From contig JAKMXF010000055.1 of NCBI GenBank assembly GCA_024704765.1, forward strand, positions 442,353 through 506,352: a DNA stretch of 64,000 bases. Direction: 5' to 3'. A model generated the notes under the pieces. It did no database searches, was not told the DNA's origin, and was given only the letters and a program-made list of their open reading frames with translations. Position 1 is the first letter of the stretch, and every line of letters starts with the position of its first letter. This DNA comes from Oopsacas minuta (taxonomy: Eukaryota; Animalia; Porifera). The translations under genes were made by a program, and so were the position numbers. Shown in pieces: positions 53,701 through 64,000 of this stretch.

Positions 53701-55186
53701 ATATCAAAACAAAAATTCTTTTGGATTCAAACTAGATGAGTTATATGAATTTAATTAGCCTCAAAATGTGTCCAAGTGCCACATAAAACTGCGTGTGCAT
53801 AACACGTCTGGACTACGTCGGGATGGTGCCCTATTTTAAAGTTCAATCACATCGCCTTGCAACTTTGTACAAAATTGGAGGTATTAGCCGAGTTGTTTTC
53901 GCTAACAGTCCTCAATATATCGATAAATATTCGTAGGTACTAAAGTGATTACAAAATTTCCATCGCTAATTGAAGGATAGATGGCATAAAATAGTATTTA
54001 ATTAAATTATAGTCCGAATAGGCCTGGCATAATGTGAAGTCAAGTCAAGTATTGGTAACATCAATTGGATTATTTATACCAACGAATCCATATTTTACCA
54101 ATAGTCTTCGAGTTTTACCAAATGGTAAAAAAATTGGAAGTATATAATTCTATCTATGGGCCAAAAGGCCATCCAACTCTGCCATTTATTGGATCAAAAT
54201 TGACATGAGAGCAACTTCATTCCATCCTAAACTATAGTATATATATAGTTAATCGGAAGACATAGTCTCAGTCAACAGCAATGTAATCACATACGTACGT
54301 ACTTCACATATGCTAAATTCTAAGTAAAACTGAAGATCTTTTTCAACCATAATCTAATGCTAAAATTGTATAATCTTCTAATAGTTGTTGTTTCATATGG
54401 AGATTGGGGTGTCACATTATACATTACCACAAGTATTGGTGAAGGGCTGAACTGGACTAGAGCTGACCTCTATATATATTATTTCATATAGAAATATTTG
54501 CGACAACCTGAATTGTTAAATATCCAGCATAATCCATAGATCTCTCAATGTTTCTTCTAAACATATTTACTCTCTCAAAGTTATGTTTGAACAACAAAGA
54601 AGTCCTAAAGGGAAAATGAAATATTCTCAATAAAAACCAAGTGGTAACTATACATTTCAAATGAGTCATCTAAAATCAGTCACAACAACTATATAATGGC
54701 AAGATTACTATTAGTATTCAAGAGTATGTTGAGAGTTTTTCCATCAGTATTTCCCCAAATGGGTATGCCAGAATGGTACTTGCCAAAGTATACTATTTGT
54801 AATGTAATTAGTAAATAACAAAATGTCTATATTTCAAGAGTGTAATAAAAGAATAAATAATCATATTTGAAATTCATTAGATATTTCTAATTCACAGAGT
54901 ATATAGGTGTGATAGACAGTAGGGCTTGGAATGAATTTGTGAATAACATTTTTGGAGCCAAACATATTGATTCCATAAATTTTTCGATAAGCAGGTGTTC
55001 TTTCATAGGGTTGCTAAACTGGGAATTGTTGGTGGCCGTCAAGTATCTTGAAAATATATTATCCCCAAGTGATCAGTTTTTGCATAGTGAGCTTCTACAC
55101 TTAAGTTGAAATTATGTAAAATGCTGAATGTTTCTAGGTAGTAACAATTTTCTGCTAAACTATATAAAATGTACGACTATACTTTA

Positions 55187-56495
55187 CAGGGTGACAATAA
55201 AGTTCTGTTACATTCGAATTTGCGAATAACTCCGAAACTATACAATAGATATCGTTCAAATTTCTCTTGAATATTAGTTATATAGTACCCGAATCATTCT
55301 ACAAAATATTATCAATATAGCCGCCCTTATTCTTAACAACGGAATGTATTCGTGTCCTAAATTTTAGGACTGCGGCTCGCAGGTCTTCTTGTGGCATGTT
55401 ATTCCATTCTCTGGTAATGCGTTCAGTAGCGAAGCCAAACTTTTATGGGGTTTAGCACAGCCCTCTTCTCTAAATTACCCCACACAGAATAATCCAGCGG
55501 ATTGAGGTCCGGGCTGGAACGTTGTCATTCCATCTTTGACAAAAACTTGTATTTTGCCCCCTGAGCCAGGACTGAGTCGCATTTGAAGCATGCGCTGGAG
55601 CTGAGTACTTTTGGAATATCCATTCCTGGTTTTTGAATAGGTAACGACCTGCATCTTTGACTTCCGGCTCGAGTATTAGCTTCCTGTACGTTTCTGAGTT
55701 TATTTTTACTCCTTTCGAGATAAAATCAGATTTGTCCTTGAATTGGCCGTCACTCCTCCCCAAACCATAACAGATTGAAGTTTCTGGACTCGATCAACAA
55801 ATTTAACTTCTTCAGGGATGTCTTTAGCAGCAGTAGATAAAATCCTGTCATTTTGATGGTTCGTGGGCTCCTCTACAATGAAGAGCTTTTTATCTGAAAA
55901 AAGAATTCTTCCAAAATCTTGGGTTCCGCGCCGCCGAAGGAGCCCCTTGCATCTTTCGAGTCTCTTTTGACGAATTGATGGTGTCAGATGATGTACCGTC
56001 TTTCTTTTGAGAGATTTTACTCCCAAGTCCTGATGTACGAGTTTTCTAAGCGATTCACGGTTAATTTCCAATTCCTTGGCCATTTTTCGCATCGAGCGTC
56101 TGGAATTTCGCGCAACTCGACTTCTCACTGCCTTCCTGAGTCGGATGGATCTCGCAGTGGGTGGTCTGCCTGAACGAGCCTTGTCAGTTATGCCACTAGT
56201 CACTTTGTATCGTTCTATGGTTCGATACACCAGCATTCTATTCACTTTCTCATGTTTCAGCTTCTTCAAAATTTCAGTTGGCGTATTACCCGACTAATAG
56301 TGAGCGATGATTTTAGACCTTGCATCTACCATGATGTAAGAAAAATGTACTGGATGCTAAACAGTACCAAATGCTATTGTAACTCGACTATACTCAAGTA
56401 AAGTTAACGAAAAAAGACTAGTGATTAGGGTTGCACTGTAAACATAGTAATTAGCGACTGTACAATCAATGTAACAGAACTTAATTGTCACCCAG
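55187..56495 (-). mobile_element. Full-length degenerate maT (DD37D-type) element, 1309 bp
   Basis: TIRs C(A/T)GGGTGACAAT(A/T)AAGTTCTGTTACATT with TA flanks; transposase 56332 to about 55301 with RSGRP, LFSDKKLF, VMVWGG, PDLNPLDY, KGGYID. Confidence 0.92.
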
Positions 56496-57068
56496 TATAT
56501 AATACGAAGTAAAATAATTTGATCTACAGCATTTTTAGAATAATTGATTGGGATCTTTGTGAAATTGTGATACCTCGTTCGTACAATGGCTAAGCACCGC
56601 AAATGGACCGAGGATCGCAGCATGTGTAAGCAGATTTCAATTTTTTACCTTGAGAATTCCAAAATATATGGAGGGAGATTTGTCCAGTTGATAACAATAA
56701 TTTCAAAGGGCAGTCGAAATATTGATCTCGTTCACCCAACTAACTGGACTTCTCCGAGGTCATGGGGATAGCAAAACGAGTTCCGGAGATCTGAATATAA
56801 TGGGTAAATAACTGTCGGAATTCTCTCGAAATTAATATCATAGTCAAGTTACAAATTGCATGAATATTTAGATTCCGAATAATTAAGCACAATTTCATAA
56901 GGTAATGTTTAGCATAGATGAAATAGGGATATGCTGAAACTGAATTATTGCAAAAATGGAGGTACATGGCATATCCAAGTTTGGGAATCCTGCTTTTATA
57001 TTAATATGAATAGAGGAAAAACATATGTTGGTTGGCAATCAATGTTATAGAGCAATGCCAAAATAGTG

Positions 57069-57217
57069 TATATGTTATGGGCAGTATGAGAAATTAGGCA
57101 TTATGCATATTGTTCAATAAGAGTAGCACTATGCATATTGCCTGGACATTATGCATATTGCCTAAGAAAGTAGCATTAGGCATAATGCCCAATTTCTCAT
57201 ACTGCCCATAACATATA
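57069..57217. mobile_element. Small MITE, 149 bp
   Basis: 38-bp inverted ends TATATGTTATGGGCAGTATGAGAAATT(A/G)GGCATTATGC (1 mismatch); three internal CA(T/C)TATGCATATTG repeats. Confidence 0.8.
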
Positions 57218-60200
57218 TATCAGGGTTAATACAAAAACCAATCTATACATATTTCGGCAATCGATATCAATATTAAACTCAATAGAAATCAAAGAATTTC
57301 TATGTATTAAAATCAATAGCAGGCTTAGCTTGCTATGTCGTTGCGTGACAGCTTATTGCTCAAGTTAACTTGAACATAGCTTTCTCGTTATGAGGCCTAC
57401 CACCAGATGTACCAGGGATATAGTAGTGTAAGGTAAATACAGTATTAGTATAGAGAATGATTTAATATGACAGAAACAGTACTTTTATGGCCAAGTAAAT
57501 GTATAACAGACATGTAGAATATCAAGTCTCCAAACTAACAAAGCAAAAGATTATCAAAATATGCCAATTTCTGCACCTAGCAAGCATTATTTGGCTAATA
57601 TAGCCTATCTTTGATGAGCTGTAGGATGTCAAATATTGCATCTTTGATTTCAAAGTTAATGTACGAAATGATGTAACAGTAAGGGTTGATCTTTCGCATA
57701 CAGTAGTAAATTGTACCTGGCCCGGATATATTCGAGTCTTGGAAGAAAATTCACAATATTAGCCACTGCTCAGCCAAAATACATTCTCAAAGCTATGTGT
57801 TTAAATAACATGCACCGCTTAATGGGTAAAATGTTATGAGGCCATGATTTTAACCAAACAAAATTCGTCATGGGAATATTACATCATCATGGCTATAGAA
57901 AAAAGCACAATTAACGGATAACAAGAGATAAATTCGTCCATTAATCCAATCAAAGCATATTGGCTCATCATCCATAGTGTACAAGAGCAAATATTTCGTT
58001 ATCTCTTTCCATATTCTAGAAGTGGGGCATAAGCTATGCAACTAATTGTTTACAATATTCCACTTGAATTTCTGCATAGTTCTACCTGATCAACTGAAAT
58101 CTGCTTGGCCGGTCGTGGTCAGTTAGTAAACGTGGAAGAATTCCGACTAACGAATTATATTAGACGTTAATAAAGTATAATCAAAGTTTGAGCCCAACAT
58201 AATTAATAGTTTACTGGATAAATAGCGATGGAATGATTGGGTTTATTCGTGACCTGCGTAGCATAAGGCCATAGCACAGGCTCGGAAAAATGGACCAATC
58301 AAAATTTCAGCCGAAATTGGGAATTATGACACAAGTGGCATAAGAAAGGCAAGAATGAGAGATGAAATATTATCCGAGAGAAATTCATGCAGTGGGATCA
58401 TATCATGACTTTCATTGGTAAGATTGTTCTATATATGAAGCATAAATAATGGGCGTGAGGTAATAAGTCCATGATGGAGCAATGCGCATTAAGTAAATAT
58501 TGAAAATTTAAAGTACTATATCAATAAGTATTAGCTTATATTACGATCATTTAGAGCATTTGTCGATCACCCAAAAATGAAAGCAATCATGAACACAATC
58601 GGAAGTTAACAATTAATCGGAGATCGTGATCCGAACACTTTCGCTAAAAAGGATTTCCACCACTTTAACAATCACTTTTCGAAATTGAAATCCTACAGCG
58701 GGATGCTATACAACATGCGTCTGTCTTGCGTCAACTCAGCTATGTGAAATCTACCAGCCTATTGCCATGTATATAGGTAAAAGTGAGACGTCATACATTT
58801 TGATAAACATTTCTGGGTTGGGATTCGCAAATTCTCAAATTCACACTGCTTAAACCTATCGAAATTTTTGGACAAAATGGCTGCGATCTTCCATTCGACC
58901 ACTGTTTATACAATGATCGGCGATCATATTAAGAGGGCCAAGAATGGACCACGATCGTGATGGTGTGATGAAAGATATCATTAATCCCCTACGTCCATTT
59001 CAGAGAAATACATAGATAAGTTGAATAGGTTAGAAATATCCTTTAGAAAGACCACTCATACACCTATAATTGTTTGCTACAAAATTAGCAAAAAGGAGAA
59101 TGGTATAATACACTCTTTCCAGTGAGTATATATCTTTCAAAGATGCTGGATTTAGGCATCCCCAATTGCTAGTTCTTTTCAAATCCCGGTGGGCGCACTA
59201 CCCGACCCAGAACTTGACGCCTCTCTTTGAGTGCATTGATTGTAATAGATTTTGAAATTCTCAAGGGAAACCAAAAGTTGCCAGTATAACAGACATTAAG
59301 GAAACAAAGTGCTCATCGTGAAACTCACAGAACTATAGAAACATTATTTTAAGACTCTTCTAAGGGGATACAAAAAAGTACCCCACAAGGGAGAGTCTCT
59401 GCAATACAAAGCCCTACACAGAATTCATTGTTTCTATGCCAGCTTCAATGTATGTAGTAATGAGTGTACAAACTTAACACGATGATAACAAAGTTATTAC
59501 TAAGAACAGAGGATGATTTCCTTTGTGGTTTGCAATATTACGATATATATTTTTATCAAGATAGGGAACATGAAGCCATAAACTTTTAATTGGGATTCAG
59601 GACAAATTGCAACAAGATTAACCCTCTCAATAAGGAATCTTTCGTAAATTCATCTATCATATTGCAAAGAAAATGCAAATACTATAGTTAGCTATAAAAG
59701 GTTTCGAATTTCCATTTGCTCATAATAAATACATAGGTTAGAAGGAATTTGTGCAGAAGAGTTAACTTCCAAAATTACATGGGGAACAGATTGACTCTGG
59801 AGTTCATATACAATCAAGAAAATGATTCTAATAACTTAATTACTTTTCCGGTTATAATTCGATTATGAGATTAAGCAACTAACAACCCTTCCGATGATAT
59901 TATTTCACAACGAATGAAACAAGGTATATATGTATTTAACTGACGAATAATCCATGTTGAGTGATCTTTGGAGGATTAAGAATATATAAATTAACTATGG
60001 TCATAATACTAATGACAAAATAGCTGGACATCTCGACAAATGGCAAGATCCTTGGACGGTAGGTAGGTACGCCAGTGGCTTTGGGATACCTTTTGTATAC
60101 TGATAACTCACATTAAATTTGTATTACAAGTGGCCTGTACTAGTAAAGCTGAAACTGAATTGATAGATTTAGCAAACTAAAGTTTGAACGAGAGTTGAAG

Positions 60201-60462
60201 CATAGCTCAAAATATTGAAATGAACAAAATAGTGAATGAAAGGCCAAAAAATTTTACAATGCAGAATTACGACATGTTTGAATGCCTTAAGAATTTTAGG
60301 TGATCAGAGAATTTTCAGTTTAAACAGCTAGTAACAAAGAAATATGACTAACTAGTGACATAAATAGCGGAATAATCGCTGCTCGAATTCTGGTCCTTGA
60401 ATTACATTGGTGGACTATTCGTCTAACAGAAAGTTGCCAGCCCCACAATTTGTATGAAATAA

Positions 60463-61531
60463 ATTGAATCATAGCCTATAAACACAAGGCCTAACAGTAC
60501 CTCGAAATTTTGGCACCAGGATGCAGTATTTGCAGAAAACAATTATAGACATTGCTTCTGAATTACAGAAAAATGCATTTTTGATTGATTAAATGTATTA
60601 CATTGTTGTAAAACCTCAAATTTTATACAAATATGCTGAAAACTTTTGGGAATGTGTCAAGATGTGTCTCTAGTAAGCATATATTTAAGAATATATATCA
60701 TTCTTCGATGCCACGTAGAATGTTAAATTTTGCATTTATCAACTCAAAGTGAATAAATGAAATGATCTATAGATCTTTTATGCAAAATGTCAAAAATTTG
60801 TCATTCAAAAGTTGGCTCGTTGTTGAGTCAAGGTAGAGACCATGGATGGCGAATTTTAATGAATATTCAATTATACCTCGAGAATCATGAAATAATCGCG
60901 AAATCAGATTAGTCAATTTATACTATTTACCCGACTTCCCATACTTTGCAATTCATTTTGATATGATATCTCGCACCAATGTGATGATGACCATATTGGT
61001 CATTTTCAAAATTCTACAATACTCTTCAATTATTTTATATCAAATTCTATTACAAGGGTATGGGAAGTCTGGTATAGAGTACAAATTTGCTAGTATGATT
61101 TACCATAACTTCACCAACCTGTTAGTTATAATGAATATTTACAAAAAATTGTCATTCATAGTCTCTACCGTAACTCACCAACGAGCCAACTTTTGAATGA
61201 GAAATCGTTGATATTTTGTATAAAGGATCTCTAGATCATTTCACTTATTCACTTTGAGTTGATAAATGCAATATTTAACATTCTACGTGGCATCGAGGAA
61301 GAGATTTTTTGCTAAATAAATGTTCACTAGACACTTATTTGGACGCATTCTTGAAAATTTTCAGCATTTATTAGTGTATAATTTGATATCCTACAGATCT
61401 GCAAATCATCTCGTCAGGCAATAATGTACCTTTTCTACAAGAAAGAAACCGTGTATATTCATGCTTTCAGCTAATACTGCATCCCTGGTACTTTTACAAT
61501 TAGCTTCATATTTAGTAGGCTATGATTGAAT
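60463..61531. mobile_element. Foldback element with about 390-bp imperfect arms
   Basis: 60700-60840 matches the reverse complement of 61160-61300 at roughly 85-90%; outer blocks AATCATAGCCTA and GGATGCAGTATT are also mirrored. Confidence 0.75.
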
Positions 61532-61833
61532 ATTAATTTTTCTTTTGAATTACTGAAGAAAATATATATAAATAAACATCGCTAGAAGGTAAGGTTATGT
61601 GCTATTCGCATAAATTATGCTATCCTACTATAGATCGGGTTCTTGTTACAACTATTTGATGCTATTGAAAGTTCTAATTACGCTAACTCGTTATTCTGAT
61701 TCAACAATTGACTATCTCATGGATGCAAGATCTGTATTCACATTTCTAGTACCTCTCAGCCCCTAATGCCATTTATCTAAAAAATGGGGATAATAATAGA
61801 ATTTTCATCGAGGATGAGGTTGATGTATCTGCG

Positions 61834-61912
61834 CTTGCAGCTTCACACGCTTAAATGATATTAGCCTGTGTTAAACACAGTCTAAGATCATTTAAGCGTG
61901 TGAAGCTGCAAG
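61834..61912. repeat. Near-perfect 79-nt palindrome
   Basis: 39-nt arms CTTGCAGCTTCACACGCTTAAATGAT(A/C)TTAG(C/A)CTGTGTT with two mismatches and essentially no spacer. Confidence 0.9.
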
Positions 61913-63221
61913 TGAAATCAAGCTGCGAAATGTGAACACAAATTAACAATGAATAAATATACAAATTGTCAAACAATTAGTTAGTACCATGGGCAATAGT
62001 ACTTCGACAATTCCGAAATTGTCAAAACATCAAATTCGGGGAAATTTGGAATTTGAAAAGTCAAAATGACATAATAATACTATGTCTGAGTCAATATTCA
62101 ACCAAAGCCATGACTTGAGAACAATAGCATTTTGAAGGGTTCTTGTGATTCAAAATTTCAAACTTCTACCATGTATATTGTGATGTAAGTGGTGATTAAT
62201 GTGATTTTCGAGATTCCAAAAAGGTGACAATAACTTTAAAATTCATCAGAGGGGTGAATGTTAGTACTATACTCGAAATTGTCCCATCCATCGGAGGTAG
62301 CCATAAATGTCAAAAATCAGCCCTGGGAGTATTCTTTTTTTCTTTAATCAATTAAGAACAAACAAATGTATAAATAGTATACATAAACTGATTAATCGCG
62401 TTTTATAGCACACTAGCGCCGTTGGCATGCTCGGGATTTACGCATAGGTTAGTCGTCCAGGTTTCTTAACTATTAGTTAGCTAAATTTTCGAGTGTTATT
62501 TGTCGCTTAAGCAAAAGAATATACCCGGCACTAGTACCTCAAATTCACAGAATAGCTAAAGTAAAATACTATACTATCCTACTAGGTCAAGAAGACTTGA
62601 TTTTTGGGCTTTTTGGGCCATATCTTGCCATAGTTGCCGGACCGTTGACATTTTGAAAGTGGTCAAACTTCTCGCCTCTGAGCATCGCGGACAATTACTT
62701 CCCCAATGAAAGCTAAAAATTGAATCATACATATATCAAATAAATTACAAATTCATGGTGGTTGCCCACAAAATGGAACAAATTAATTTCATATAGAATG
62801 TAAATGATGAAGAACAAGATGATTTTCGAAGCAAATTCCTAAATAGGCGCCAAAAATGATGAATTTGCATCAAATTGAATATATACAGTAAACTAATGCA
62901 AAAGGAAAAGCCGGTACTGTTACAACGTTTTCAAAATTCATTTTATGAAGTAGCCAGGTTTAGTGACAAATAACAACAGAAAAATTCCAATACATTCTAA
63001 CAACAGTGGCACGAAATGGTCAGAATGTGGAAATGGGCATTTTGATGGCACATAGGTCCATAAAATGTATTATTGTCATATAGGTTTTCGAGCCCAACGA
63101 ATCGAATGGGATACTCATTTTTTCTCTATCCCTTCAGGTGACAAAGTTATGACGTCATTGTCACCTATCTGAGGTGTGAAAATTCCCCAAATTTTCTATT
63201 AATCGATTGAGAGGTTTACTT

Positions 63222-64000
63222 TTAATCATCATTATGATCTTCATGATCACGAATAAGGGTGTTCACTAAAATATCTTGGCTACTTCTAAGTCCTTGGCTA
63301 GATGGAGGCCTTGGAATAGAAAACTTGCGATTCATTAACAGCATGGGATCACTGTGAGAAATCAATCGAACAAATACATCCTTTAAATTTTCTTCAAATG
63401 AAAACTTGCGAGCAAGACGATCTCTGTATCTCCGAATATATTTGTTAGAAGCCTCTAGTCCTTCTTCAGATAAGTTCTCTAGCCCATGTCCATCATTAAA
63501 CATTGAGATGATTTCCGGTGCATGTGCTAACAGTTTGTGTAACGTCGGGGAAACATTAGCCCAAGGAAATGCACAGAGAATTGACTGGTAGATATTACTG
63601 CAAACAAGCGCTAGTTCTTCTGTATCCACTCTTCTGCTGCTATTATAGACGCGTAGGATTGCTCCTAGGCATGTGTGAATTTCAATTATGTGGGACTTGA
63701 ACTCAGACGGGATCACTGTCAAAACCCAGTAGAGGAAATCTTGATCGTTGTCATCCTTTCTTATCAAGCATCGTCTTACCACATTACCAGTAGTCGTTGT
63801 GCCACCTTGTGTTGAAGGGATGTCAATAATAATATTGAGATTGTCTTTAATTAAACTTGTAACGAAAGTTTTAGCATCTGAGACTCTCTTAGAAGTTGGT
63901 GACCACTTAAATACTCCGCGTGCAAGTGGCTAATTAGATGTAAAAACCAGCCAAAACATCGGAGATATGCATGCAAAGGCGAACTGGGTATGATTTCTAA
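63222..64000 (-). pseudogene. Transib-family (RAG1-core-related) transposase, C-terminal half, one frameshift near 63918, 5' part outside window
   Basis: SPLHAYLRCF, GGTTTTGNVVRRC, SPTLHKLLAH, LSEEGLEASNKYIRRYR..ARK, DVF.RL..SDP match Transib and parallel RAG1 ALHCD, GNFARK, FHKTLAH, SEGNESGNK. Confidence 0.82.

Noticed and set aside
54068-54210. P450-like N-terminal motif GPKGHPTLPFIGS
   Set aside because: A stop follows three codons later and no other P450 motif was found; a frameshift-aware search would be needed.
57300-63000. RAG2-like partner gene convergent with the Transib ORF
   Set aside because: No long plus-strand ORF or kelch-like repeats are visible in this interval.
1-64000. 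CRISPR arrays, rRNA, tRNA or prokaryotic operons
   Set aside because: No regularly spaced direct repeats, no rRNA-like sequence and no dense ORF packing; the remaining short ORFs are antisense shadows of TEs or random.

Overview
AT-rich eukaryotic DNA (probably an invertebrate animal; inferred from the TE families, not confirmed) with two N gaps. I found no confident host gene, rRNA, tRNA or CRISPR array. The window is a dense transposon graveyard. It holds Tc1/mariner elements of four catalytic classes (DD34D mariner, DD34E Tc1, DD37D maT, DD37E), three Chapaev3-like elements, two hAT transposase relics, two hAT MITEs with perfect 8-bp TSDs, a Helitron-like non-autonomous element, several foldback/MITE hairpins, very decayed Gypsy and LINE relics, and a Transib (RAG1-related) transposase running off the right edge. 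Two nested structures can be rebuilt to the base from TIRs and TSDs: maT 8888-12810 and DD37E 40420-46426. Most notable: the Transib ORF; a pair of inverted, about 99.5% identical, catalytically dead mariners that keep a 274-aa ORF; and a pattern in which full-size nested inserts lie on the minus strand inside plus-strand hosts. All family assignments come from motif recognition by eye; no database search was run.
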